This document shows positions 1-8,649 of a stretch of DNA of 27,495 bases, in pieces. Each line of letters starts with the position of its first letter. Within the stretch, counting starts at the first letter, position 1. The stretch spans positions 1 through 27,495 of the forward strand of contig SOKR01000167.1 in the NCBI GenBank assembly GCA_004375675.1, read 5' to 3'. Source of the stretch: Dehalococcoidia bacterium (lineage in GTDB: Bacteria > Chloroflexota > Dehalococcoidia > Dehalococcoidales > BS750m-G39). Position numbers and translations under genes: made by a program. The notes under the pieces are model-generated. The model had not been told where the DNA came from and did no database searches. It worked only from the letters and a program-made list of their open reading frames with translations.

Positions 1-1
1 G

Positions 2-169
2 GAGAAGGGCGATGTGCTCTATATTTCCTCTGAGGAGTCGGCTATCCGCCTGATTTCTCCCGAACTGGATAGGGCCTGGATACCCATGGGCGGCGAGCCT
101 GTAATCGGCAGGCTGAAGACACCGCCGACGGTGGGCGGGGAGACAGTAACCGCCGCGGAGGCGAAATAA
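2..169 (+). CDS. 3' end of a class-II (Ntn) glutamine amidotransferase, GltB1-like domain of a split glutamate synthase (truncated by the window edge)
   Basis: My translation of frame 2 gives [55 protein letters not shown], with TAA at 167-169. The SSEESAIR...GGEPVIG tail resembles stand-alone GATase-II proteins, and FMN and GXGXG glutamate synthase subunits lie downstream. Confidence 0.7.
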   Translation, partial: EKGDVLYISSEESAIRLISPELDRAWIPMGGEPVIGRLKTPPTVGGETVTAAEAK

Positions 170-170
170 A

Positions 171-944
171 ATGCTGACCAAGAGAATTATCCCCTGCCTG
201 GATGTTAAAGACGGGCGGGTGGTCAAGGGAAAGAGCTTTGTCCAGCTGCGCGACGCCGGTGACCCGGTGGAGCTGGCTGACTTTTACTATAAGGAGGGCG
301 CCGACGAACTGGTCTTTCTGGACATTAGGGCGACCCCGGAGGGGCGCGACACCATGGTTGATGTCGTCGAGCGTATCTCGGAGAGGGTGTTTATGCCGCT
401 GACGGTGGGTGGGGGACTGCGTACCATCACCAATATGCGGCGCATGTTGCTGGCGGGGGCGGACAAGGTCTCCATAAACACCGAGGCGGTGGCAAACCCC
501 GATTTAATCAGGGAGGGCGCCGAGAAGTTCGGCAGCCAGTGCATCGTGGTGGCTATTGATGCCAAACGTTTGAATGCCAAGCAACCTAAGTGGGAGGTCT
601 ATACCAACAGCGGGCAGAAGCCTGCGGGCATCGATGCAATAGAATGGGCAAAAAAGGCGGTTGAGCTCGGCGCTGGTGAGTTGCTGCTTACCAGCATGGA
701 CGCCGACGGACACCAGACGGGATACGATAACGAGCTTAACCGCGCTGTTTCGGAGGCGGTGAGCGTGCCGGTGATTGCCAGCGGCGGCGCCGGCGCACCC
801 GAAGACCTTTATAAGGCGTTGGTCGAGGGCAAGGCGGACGCCGTTCTTGCCGCCAGCATCTTTCACTACGGGACCTACTCTATCGACGATATAAAGCAAT
901 ACCTGGCCGAGCGGGGCATACCGATACGGATGCAGGGAGGATGA
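171..944 (+). CDS. hisF: Imidazole glycerol phosphate synthase cyclase subunit
   Basis: Motifs RIIPCLDV (catalytic Asp), [32 protein letters not shown] (second catalytic Asp), [14 protein letters not shown] and PVIASGGAG; 257 aa. Confidence 0.97.
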   Translation: MLTKRIIPCLDVKDGRVVKGKSFVQLRDAGDPVELADFYYKEGADELVFLDIRATPEGRDTMVDVVERISERVFMPLTVGGGLRTITNMRRMLLAGADKVSINTEAVANPDLIREGAEKFGSQCIVVAIDAKRLNAKQPKWEVYTNSGQKPAGIDAIEWAKKAVELGAGELLLTSMDADGHQTGYDNELNRAVSEAVSVPVIASGGAGAPEDLYKALVEGKADAVLAASIFHYGTYSIDDIKQYLAERGIPIRMQGG

Positions 945-948
945 GAAG

Positions 949-2454
949 ATGAAGACCTATCTAGCACCCAAGTTTTTAATAAAGCGAGACGCGGACCTTT
1001 GTATCCAGTGCAAGGTCTGCGTCAACCAGTGCACCTTCGATGCCCTGTACTATGACGCCGAGGATGACGAGGTAAAGAGCCGACCCGAAAGCTGCGTTGG
1101 CTGTCACCGCTGCGAGCTCTTTTGCCCGACTCAGGCGATGACCATCATCCGTAACCCGCAGGAATACCGCGAGAACTACAACTGGCGTCCCGAGGTGGTC
1201 GAGGACATCCTGAAGCAGGCCGAGACGGGCGGAGTGCTGCTTACCGGCATGGGTGATGATAAAGGGCAGAGGATTTACTGGGACCACCTGGTGCTGAACG
1301 CCAGCCAGGTAACCAACCCCTCTATCGACCCCCTGCGCGAGCCGATGGAGCTGACCACCTGGTTGGGGCGAAAACCCGACCGGCTGGAGCTCGACGATAA
1401 GAATCAAAAACCAAAAACAAAGCTCGCCCCCCAGGTGAGGCTGGAGGTACCGGTGATGTTCGCCGCCATGTCCTACGGGGCGGTGAGCCTTAACGTGCAT
1501 ACCTCTTTAGCCAGAGCCGCCACCGAGATGGGCACCCTCTGGAATACCGGAGAAGGTGGGCTGCACCCCAGCCTTTATAAATACGGCAACAACACCATCG
1601 TCCAGGTGGCTTCGGGGCGTTTCGGCGTCCAGGCCGACTACCTGAACGCGGGTAGGGTGGTCGAGATTAAAATCGGGCAGGGAGCCAAGCCGGGAATCGG
1701 CGGGCACCTCCCCGGAGAGAAGGTAAGCCCCGAGGTATCGTTAACGCGTATGATCCCCGAGGGGACGGACGCTCTATCGCCGGCGCCGCAGCACGATATC
1801 TATTCCATCGAGGACCTGGCGCAGCTCATCCATGCCCTTAAAGAGGCGACCAACTACACCAAGCCGATTTCGGTCAAGATTGCCGCCGTCCACAACTCGG
1901 CGGCTATTGCCAGCGGCATGGTGCGGGGCGGCGCCGATATCATCGTCCTCGATGGGCTGAGGGGCTCGACCGGGGCGGCGCCCAAGGTTATCCGCGATAA
2001 CGTGGGCATTCCCATCGAGCTAGCGCTGGCGGCGGTGGACACGCGCCTGCGCGAGGAAGGCATACGCAACCAGGCTTCCGTCGTCGTCTCCGGCGGCATC
2101 AGGAACAGCGGCGACGTGGCTAAAGCCATCGCCCTTGGTGCCGACGCTGTCTATATCGGCACGGCGGCGCTCATCGCGCTGGGCTGCCATGTCTGCCAGC
2201 AGTGCCACACCGGCAAGTGCGCCTGGGGGCTTTGCACCACCGACCTCCGCCTGACCAAGCGGGTCAACCCCGATATCGGCGCCCGTCGGCTGGCCAACCT
2301 GCTCCGCGGCTGGAGCCTCGAGCTTAAGGACATACTGGGGGGGCTGGGGGTTAATGCTATCGAGAGCCTGCGCGGTAACCGATTGCACCTGAGGGGCGTA
2401 GCTTTGACTGATACCGAGCTGGAAATACTGGGAGTAAGGATGGCCGGGAGCTAG
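949..2454 (+). CDS. Archaeal-type glutamate synthase FMN subunit (GltB2-like) with an N-terminal 2x[4Fe-4S] ferredoxin domain
   Basis: CIQCKVCVNQC and CVGCHRCELFCP ferredoxin motifs; AMSYGA, NTGEGG, QVASGRFGV, EIKIGQGAKPGIGGHLPG, SPAPQHDIYSIEDL, DVAKAIALGAD; cluster motif CHVCQQCHTGKC. Confidence 0.93.
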   Translation: MKTYLAPKFLIKRDADLCIQCKVCVNQCTFDALYYDAEDDEVKSRPESCVGCHRCELFCPTQAMTIIRNPQEYRENYNWRPEVVEDILKQAETGGVLLTGMGDDKGQRIYWDHLVLNASQVTNPSIDPLREPMELTTWLGRKPDRLELDDKNQKPKTKLAPQVRLEVPVMFAAMSYGAVSLNVHTSLARAATEMGTLWNTGEGGLHPSLYKYGNNTIVQVASGRFGVQADYLNAGRVVEIKIGQGAKPGIGGHLPGEKVSPEVSLTRMIPEGTDALSPAPQHDIYSIEDLAQLIHALKEATNYTKPISVKIAAVHNSAAIASGMVRGGADIIVLDGLRGSTGAAPKVIRDNVGIPIELALAAVDTRLREEGIRNQASVVVSGGIRNSGDVAKAIALGADAVYIGTAALIALGCHVCQQCHTGKCAWGLCTTDLRLTKRVNPDIGARRLANLLRGWSLELKDILGGLGVNAIESLRGNRLHLRGVALTDTELEILGVRMAGS

Positions 2455-2455
2455 C

Positions 2456-3220
2456 ATGGCTGATAGTAAGGGCAAGGACTCCATACTCAAAATAGACGCC
2501 AGCGGCGTTTACTACAGGCAGCTTAACGATGTCCTGAGGAAAGCCATCACCAACGGCACCCGCCGCATCGAGCTGCGCAACGTCTACGGGCAGCGGTACA
2601 TCGGCACCGACCTCAATGTGCCCGTGGAGATAGAGATATTAGGCACTCCGGGCAACGACCTGGGGGCGTTTATGAACGGGCCCCGGATTACCGTCCGCGG
2701 TAACGCCCAGGACGGCTGCGGCAACACCATGAACGAGGGCGAGATAATAATTCACGGGCACGCCGGCGATATTATCGGGCTAGCGGCGCGGGGCGGTAAA
2801 ATCTTTGTCCGCGAGGACGTGGGCTACCGGGCGGGCATCCACATGAAAGAATACCAGGGACGGAAGCCGGCGCTGGTTATCGGTGGCACCGCCCAGGACT
2901 TCGCCGGGGAGTATATGGCGGGGGGTGTTATGATTCTGCTCGGTCTTACCCTGGGCGAGGGCGAGCCGCACAAAGCTCGATTTATCGGCACGGGGATGCA
3001 CGGCGGCGTCATCTACCTTAGAGGAAGCGTCGAAGAGCACCAGCTGGGCAAGGAGGTCGGCGCCGCCGAGTTGGAAGATAGTGACCGTCGGGTCTTGAAG
3101 CAACTGGTTGACGAGTTCGCCAGCCACTTCGGCTACAATGCCGACGATATAATGCAACACAAGTTCGTGAAACTGTTCCCGCGCTGGCTGCGACCTTACG
3201 GCCGGCTTTATGCCTACTAG
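2456..3220 (+). CDS. Glutamate synthase GXGXG beta-helix subunit (GltB3/GlxC-like)
   Basis: GQRYIG, GTPGNDLGAFM, GNAQDGCGNTM, GEYMAGG and GTGMHGG repeats; starts 1 nt after the FMN-subunit stop. Confidence 0.92.
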   Translation: MADSKGKDSILKIDASGVYYRQLNDVLRKAITNGTRRIELRNVYGQRYIGTDLNVPVEIEILGTPGNDLGAFMNGPRITVRGNAQDGCGNTMNEGEIIIHGHAGDIIGLAARGGKIFVREDVGYRAGIHMKEYQGRKPALVIGGTAQDFAGEYMAGGVMILLGLTLGEGEPHKARFIGTGMHGGVIYLRGSVEEHQLGKEVGAAELEDSDRRVLKQLVDEFASHFGYNADDIMQHKFVKLFPRWLRPYGRLYAY

Positions 3221-3316
3221 GTGAAATCGGTGACAACAAGCTGTTCCCCTGCCGGTAGAGAGTAAAAGTAGAGTTATATCCACACCAGTGTATAGACACA
3301 AATGCCATCTAGGCAG

Positions 3317-3345
3317 TTGCCAGGTGAAGCGGTATGTAGTACATT
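3317..3345 (+). promoter_or_regulatory. Candidate sigma70 promoter for glnA
   Basis: TTGCCA (3317-3322), 17 bp, TACATT (3340-3345); SD AAGGAGG upstream of ATG 3405. Confidence 0.45.
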
Positions 3346-3404
3346 GATGTAAAATAGCGAAATCCTATAAATATAAACAAGTATTACCAAAGGAGGCGGT
3401 AGCA

Positions 3405-4748
3405 ATGGCCAAGAGAAGTAGGGCAAAGGGTAAGAACTACGTCCTGAAGACAGCCAAGGAGCATGATGTTAAGTTTATCCGGCTGTGGTTTACCGATATA
3501 CAGGGTATACTCAAGAGTTTTACCATCACCGTGGAGGAGCTGAAAACGGCGTTAGAGGAGGGAAAGGGCTTTGACGGTTCGTCAATTCAGGGATTTGCCC
3601 GGATTGACGAGAGTGACATGGTGGCATTGCCCGACCCCGATACTTTCCAACTGCTGCCCTGGAGGCCGCGTGAGCACCGGGCCGTAGCCCGCATGTTCTG
3701 TGATATCTTAAAGCCGGAGGGTGAGCCTTTTGAGGGCGACCCGAGATTTGTCCTCAAGCGGAACCTGAAGCGGGCGGCGGACCTGGGCTATACCTTTTAT
3801 GTGGGGCCGGAGCTGGAGTTCTTCTATTTCCAGGACTCCGATGGCACCGTGCCGCTGGACCATGGAGGCTACTTCGATATGACTCCCCGTGACGCCGCCA
3901 TTGAGATGAGGAAGGATACCGTTCTGGCCCTGGAGGATATGGGTATTGGGGTTGAGTATTCCCACCATGAGGTGGCAGCCAGCCAGCATGAGATAGATAT
4001 GCGCTACACCGATGCCCTGACCATGGCCGATAACGTGATGACTTATCGCCTCATTGTCAAGGAGGTTGCCTTAAAACACGGGGTATATGCCACCTTCATG
4101 CCCAAGCCCGTTTTCGGTATCAATGGCAATGGCATGCACGTCCACCAGTCGCTTTTCAAGAGCAACCGCAACGCCTTCTTCGATAAGGACGATGAGTACC
4201 ATCTGTCCCAGTTAGCCAAGGGTTATATCGCCGGACTGCTCAAGTACGCTCCTGAAATCACGGCGGTGACCAACCAGTGGGTCAATTCCTACAAGCGGCT
4301 GGTCCCCGGCTATGAGGCGCCCGTCTATCTCTCCTGGGCGCGGCGCAACCGTTCCGACCTTATCCGTGTCCCGGAATACCGGCCGGGCCGGGAGAAGGCA
4401 ACCCGAATCGAGTTCAGGTCTCCCGACCCCGCCTGTAATCCCTATCTTGCCTTCAGCGTCATGCTGGCGGCGGGGCTGGAGGGAATCGAAAAGGGCCTGG
4501 AACCGCCCAAGCCGGTGGAAGAAAATGTCTATGAGCTGAGTGAGGCGGAAAGGCAGAAGCGGGGCATAGTCACCCTGCCCGCCAGCCTGCTGGAGGCCAT
4601 ACTGCTGGCTGAGAAGAGCCAACTGGTGCGCCAGGCGCTGGGCGAGCACGTTTTCGATGCTTTTATCCAGAATAAGAAAATCGAGTGGAACAATTACCGC
4701 ACTCAGGTAACCGAGTACGAGCTGAAGAAGTACCTGCCCATATTGTAG
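3405..4748 (+). CDS. glnA: Glutamine synthetase type I (GSI-alpha-like)
   Basis: FDGSSIQGFARIDESDM, HHEVAASQHEI, TFMPKP..GINGNGMHVHQSL, PGYEAP (Glu flap present), RNRSDLIRVP, RIEFRSPDPACNPYL. Confidence 0.96.
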   Translation: MAKRSRAKGKNYVLKTAKEHDVKFIRLWFTDIQGILKSFTITVEELKTALEEGKGFDGSSIQGFARIDESDMVALPDPDTFQLLPWRPREHRAVARMFCDILKPEGEPFEGDPRFVLKRNLKRAADLGYTFYVGPELEFFYFQDSDGTVPLDHGGYFDMTPRDAAIEMRKDTVLALEDMGIGVEYSHHEVAASQHEIDMRYTDALTMADNVMTYRLIVKEVALKHGVYATFMPKPVFGINGNGMHVHQSLFKSNRNAFFDKDDEYHLSQLAKGYIAGLLKYAPEITAVTNQWVNSYKRLVPGYEAPVYLSWARRNRSDLIRVPEYRPGREKATRIEFRSPDPACNPYLAFSVMLAAGLEGIEKGLEPPKPVEENVYELSEAERQKRGIVTLPASLLEAILLAEKSQLVRQALGEHVFDAFIQNKKIEWNNYRTQVTEYELKKYLPIL

Positions 4749-4759
4749 GTCGAGAGGCG

Positions 4760-4768
4760 TGGTATAAT
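4760..4768 (+). promoter_or_regulatory. Extended -10 promoter for nrpR
   Basis: TGgTATAAT in the 56-bp glnA-nrpR gap; no correctly spaced -35. Confidence 0.55.
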
Positions 4769-4804
4769 AGCCCAAAGCTATGTCATTGAGCAGAGAGGTT
4801 TGTC

Positions 4805-5800
4805 ATGGAACAGGTTGTCGGTTCTGATGCTGAAGGTAAGCTGATAGCCATCCTCAAAATCCTGAGCGAGTCCTCGGAGCCGCTGGGTTCCATCACTATC
4901 GCCCGCCGCTTGGAGGGGGAGGGGGTTTTCCTGAGTGAGCGGGCGGTCAGGTATCACCTGAGGATAGCCGACGAGCGTGGCTACACCCAGTCGGGGGGTC
5001 GGGATGGGCGGATGATTACCCCCGATGGACGGCGGGAAGTCAAAGACGCGCTGGCTTCGCAGCAGCTCGGTTTCGTCAAGGAGAAGCTGGAACTGCTGGC
5101 TTACCAGACCACCTTCGACCCCGAAAAGCGTAGCGGGCAGTTGCCGATAAACACTTCGTTCGTGGCTAAAGACAAGTTTAAGAAGGCGCTTTCCGCCATG
5201 AAGGATACCTTTAAGGCGAAAATCTGCGTCAGCGAGCTGGTGGCTACGGCGGAGGCTGGCGAGAATCTTGGGGCTGTGGTCGTGCCCGACGGCAAGGTCG
5301 GCTTCGCCACCGTTTGCGGCGCGGCCATCAACGGCGTGCTGCTCAAGGCGGGTATCCCCAGCGAGTTCCGGTTCGGCGGCGTGCTCGAAGTGAGAAATTC
5401 GAAACCGAGGCGCTTTGTCGCCATCATCGACTATGCCGGCACCTCCCTTGACCCATCGGAGCAGTTTATCCGGGCCAGGATGACCAGCGTCGGCGAAGCC
5501 GCCCGGACGGGCGGCGGTAAGATTCTGGGCAATTTCCGTACCATACCCGCCCAGGCCAGAGAAGCCGTGGAGGAAAGGCTGGCTTTGCTTAAGGAAGCCG
5601 GTATTAACGGGGTCTACACCCTGGGCGAAACCAGTGAGCCGCTTTGCCAGATTCCGGTAGCCTTGAATCGGGTGGGTGCCGTCCAGCTGGGCGGGCTTAA
5701 CCCGGTGGCGGCGGCGGTCGAAGCTGGCATCGAGATTGAAAATGTAGCCGAGAGCGGGCTGGTTGACTTCGACCAGCTGGGCAGCTTCTGGAAGTTATAG
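4805..5800 (+). CDS. nrpR: NrpR-family nitrogen repressor (winged HTH plus a single NRD/DUF128 domain)
   Basis: N-terminal ILKILSESSEPLGSITIARRL...LSERAVRYHL wHTH; C-terminal FATVCGAAINGVLLKAGIP, FVAIIDYAGTSLDPSEQFI and LGGLNPVAAAVEAGI typical of NRD; adjacent to glnA. Confidence 0.88.
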   Translation: MEQVVGSDAEGKLIAILKILSESSEPLGSITIARRLEGEGVFLSERAVRYHLRIADERGYTQSGGRDGRMITPDGRREVKDALASQQLGFVKEKLELLAYQTTFDPEKRSGQLPINTSFVAKDKFKKALSAMKDTFKAKICVSELVATAEAGENLGAVVVPDGKVGFATVCGAAINGVLLKAGIPSEFRFGGVLEVRNSKPRRFVAIIDYAGTSLDPSEQFIRARMTSVGEAARTGGGKILGNFRTIPAQAREAVEERLALLKEAGINGVYTLGETSEPLCQIPVALNRVGAVQLGGLNPVAAAVEAGIEIENVAESGLVDFDQLGSFWKL

Positions 5801-5857
5801 GGCAAATTAACAACTTTTCAGCCCAGAATTACATGTCTTTTTTGTGACTACCCCGGC

Positions 5858-5885
5858 TTGACCTTGTGAGACCGGTGGCTATAAA
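5858..5885 (+). promoter_or_regulatory. Candidate sigma70 promoter for the aldehyde oxidoreductase gene
   Basis: TTGACC (5858-5863), 16 bp, TATAAA (5880-5885); SD AAGGAGG before the TTG start at 5903. Confidence 0.55.
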
Positions 5886-5902
5886 GCTTTAAGGAGGGAA
5901 AG

Positions 5903-8557
5903 TTGAAAAGCCTTACGTTAAATATCAATGGAGTACAGCGCCGGTTGATCGTCGAGAAGGATATGGTGCTCCTCGACCTGCTCCGGGAGGAGCTGAGGCT
6001 CACTGGCACCAAACAGGGGTGTGACCGCAAGGGCCAGTGCGGGGCTTGCGCCGTGATTGTCAACGGCAAGACGGTCTTATCCTGCCTGACCAAGGTAGCC
6101 AACCTCGACGGCGCCGAGGTTATTAGCGTGGAGGGGTTGGGCACGCCCGAAAATCCGCACCTGATACAGGAAGCCTACGTCCTGTCGGGGGCGATTCAGT
6201 GCGGCTTTTGCACGCCGGGTCTGATTATGGCCACTAAGGTATTGCTGGACAAGACCCCGAAGCCTAACCGAGATGAAATCAAGATAGCTTTGAGGAGCCA
6301 CCTTTGCCGCTGCACCGGCTACGGCAAGATTATCGAAGCCGTTGAGCTAGCCGCCCGTTTTCTGCGCGGCGAAACGACTCCGGCCAAGGTGAGGCCCGAC
6401 CCCAAGGGGAAGCAGATAGGCGTTTCTCACCCCCGTCCCTGGTCTATGCTCAAAGCCTGCGGGCTGGCGCCGTTTGCCGCCGACATCGTTATGCCGGAGG
6501 CGCTGGAGTTAGCCGTGGTGGCTAGCCCACACCATAACGCCCGCATAAAGAAAATCGATGCTGCCAAGGCGTCAAATATGCCCGGCGTCGTCGGCATCCT
6601 GACCGCCAAGGACATCAAGGGTAACAATATGCTGGGCAAGGATAAGAAGGTGCTCTTCGATATCGGTGATGTCGCTCCGGTGCTCGGGGCGCAGGTGGCT
6701 ATTGTTGCCGCTGAAACCCGTAAGGAAGCCTTAGCCGCGGCGGAAGCGGTAAAAGTGGAATACGAAGTTTTGCCGCGGGTGGCTAGCCCGCAGGAGGCGC
6801 TGGCGAAGGGCGCCCCCGAGGTGCAGCCGGGTACCGGCAACATTTGCATGGTGAACCGGCAGATAAAGGGCGACGCCAAGAAAGCGCTGAGTTCGTCGTC
6901 GGCGGTGGTCGAGGCGGATTTCAGTACGCAGTCGGTCCACCAGGCGCCGCTGGAACCGGAAGCTGGGGTTGCCTACCTGGAAGGAGAGGGCAAGGACGCG
7001 CAACTGGTGGTGGTGGGGCGCTCGCTACGCATTCACGACCACGCCCAGTTGATTAAAGATGCCTTGGGCTTTGAAAACGTCCGCTACCAGGAAGCCTTTA
7101 CCGGCGGGCAGTTCGGCATAAAGGTTGACCTAACCTCCGAGCATATCGCCGGAGCCGCCGCCCTTCATTTCAAGAGACCGGCGCGTTACATCCCCAGCAC
7201 CACCGAGTCTATGCAGATAACCACCAAGCGGCACCCCTTCAGTATGAAGGTGCGTCTGGGCGCCGATGACAAAGGCAGGCTCACCGGATATGAGATATAC
7301 GCCACTGTGGAGAAGGGCGCTTTCTCTTCAGCGGCGTGGGTTATCGTCCACCGCGCCCTGGCCATGCTCAGCGGCGGCTACTATATACCGGATGTAAGCG
7401 CTGAGCTCAAGCTGGTCTACACCAATAACGCCTGGGGAGGCGCCGCCAGGGGGGCGGGGCCACCCCAGATTAACTATGCGTTGGAGTCAGCCATGGACCT
7501 ACTGGCGGCTAAAGTGGGCATGGACCCACTGGCTTTCAGGCAACTCAATATCATCAAGCCCGGAGAGACTACCTCCAGCGGCCATGTCATGGAGGAATGG
7601 GCTCTGGACGGCTGTCTGAAGAAGGTCAAGCCCATGTACGAGAAGGCGCTGAAGGAAGCCGCCGCCTTCAAGTCCGAAAACCTGCGGCGGGGGGTGGGGC
7701 TGGGGGCCTCAAGCTTCGGCATCGGCGAGCCTATGGACAAATCCGATGTTGCCGTGGAGCTCGACGCCGACAATGGCCTGACTATTTACGCCTCGGTGGC
7801 GGACCCCGGGGAGGGTAATGACGCCATGCTGACGCAGATTGCCGTCCACCTGACCAAGATACCCAGGGAGAAAATCCGACTGCAGACCCGTGATTCGGTG
7901 TTGACGCCTAATTCGGGGCTTTCGGCGGGTTCCCGTCAGACCTTTATGTCGGGGCATGCCCTGGTCAAAGCCATAGAAGCCTTGCAAGCCGCCATGAAAG
8001 AGACCGGAGCCAAGACCCACGCCGACCTGGTTAAGGCGGATAAGCCGACTCGATACCAGGCGCAGCATAATCTGGCGCACAAGGGTATGGATGAGGAGAA
8101 GGGTCAGGGCGAGTTCTTCGCTTCCCGATGCCACGGGGTGCAGATGGCCGAGGTCGAAGTCGACACCAAAAGCGGCGAGGTGAGGGTGCTTAAAATGACG
8201 GGTGTCGTTGACGCGGGAACCCTTATCAACCCCATGAATGTCCTCTGCCAGATTGAGGGCGGTATGGACATGGGCGCGGGTATGGCGCTGCGGGAGAAAT
8301 ACGTCCACGGCGAGACGGTGGACTGGCTAACCTATAAGTACCCCACCATGAAGGACTATTTCGACAAGGAAGTGGTCCTTATCGAGACGCCGCGTAATAA
8401 CGGGCCGCTGGGAGCCACCGGCGTTGGCGAGTTCACCCTTATGCCCACCTCTCCGTCAATCATGAACGCCATTGAGAATGCCATCGGCGCCCGTATTTAC
8501 GACCTGCCGGCTACGCCGGACAAGGTTCTTAAGGCGCTGAAGGCTAAGAAGGCTTAA
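5903..8557 (+). CDS. Single-chain molybdopterin aldehyde oxidoreductase (Desulfovibrio Mop-like; 2x[2Fe-2S] fused to the Mo domain, no FAD domain)
   Basis: GCDRKGQCGAC and QCGFCTPG...HLCRCTGY [2Fe-2S] motifs; GGQFG, RGAGPPQ, GSRQ and GVGE (catalytic Glu) Mo-domain motifs; 884 aa; TTG start with a strong SD. Confidence 0.9.
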   Translation: MKSLTLNINGVQRRLIVEKDMVLLDLLREELRLTGTKQGCDRKGQCGACAVIVNGKTVLSCLTKVANLDGAEVISVEGLGTPENPHLIQEAYVLSGAIQCGFCTPGLIMATKVLLDKTPKPNRDEIKIALRSHLCRCTGYGKIIEAVELAARFLRGETTPAKVRPDPKGKQIGVSHPRPWSMLKACGLAPFAADIVMPEALELAVVASPHHNARIKKIDAAKASNMPGVVGILTAKDIKGNNMLGKDKKVLFDIGDVAPVLGAQVAIVAAETRKEALAAAEAVKVEYEVLPRVASPQEALAKGAPEVQPGTGNICMVNRQIKGDAKKALSSSSAVVEADFSTQSVHQAPLEPEAGVAYLEGEGKDAQLVVVGRSLRIHDHAQLIKDALGFENVRYQEAFTGGQFGIKVDLTSEHIAGAAALHFKRPARYIPSTTESMQITTKRHPFSMKVRLGADDKGRLTGYEIYATVEKGAFSSAAWVIVHRALAMLSGGYYIPDVSAELKLVYTNNAWGGAARGAGPPQINYALESAMDLLAAKVGMDPLAFRQLNIIKPGETTSSGHVMEEWALDGCLKKVKPMYEKALKEAAAFKSENLRRGVGLGASSFGIGEPMDKSDVAVELDADNGLTIYASVADPGEGNDAMLTQIAVHLTKIPREKIRLQTRDSVLTPNSGLSAGSRQTFMSGHALVKAIEALQAAMKETGAKTHADLVKADKPTRYQAQHNLAHKGMDEEKGQGEFFASRCHGVQMAEVEVDTKSGEVRVLKMTGVVDAGTLINPMNVLCQIEGGMDMGAGMALREKYVHGETVDWLTYKYPTMKDYFDKEVVLIETPRNNGPLGATGVGEFTLMPTSPSIMNAIENAIGARIYDLPATPDKVLKALKAKKA

Positions 8558-8588
8558 AAGTTAGCCGCTTATCACTGGATAAAGAGCA

Positions 8589-8614
8589 AGGGTCGAGGGA
8601 ATTCCCTCGACCCT
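8589..8614. terminator. Perfect 26-bp palindrome, probable bidirectional intrinsic terminator between convergent units
   Basis: AGGGTCGAGGGAA|TTCCCTCGACCCT, followed by GTTTAATT on + and TGCTCTTT on -. Confidence 0.7.
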
Positions 8615-8626
8615 GTTTAATTCATT

Positions 8627-8649
8627 CTGGTTAGAGCCAGACTAACCAG
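8627..8649. other. Second stem-loop in the convergent gap
   Basis: CTGGTTAG-agccaga-CTAACCAG (8-bp stem, 7-nt loop), followed by CCCCGCTTTTT on +. Confidence 0.5.

Noticed and set aside
3372-3382. 11-mer TATAAACAAGT shared with 20013-20023 as a common regulator site
   Set aside because: An AT-rich 11-mer match between intergenic regions is plausible by chance; the second copy is explained as the reverse complement of a TTGTTT -35 element.
2-4748. N-methylglutamate pathway (gmaS + mgsABC)
   Set aside because: The domain set is similar, but the GS has GSI-alpha motifs (FDGSSI, YEAP Glu flap), the FMN subunit has a fused ferredoxin, and NrpR is adjacent. Ordinary GS-GOGAT is more parsimonious.
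8595-8608. GGAA/TTCC core of the palindrome as an NrpR operator
   Set aside because: The spacer is 0 bp instead of 6, and it lies between convergent 3' ends, not at a promoter.
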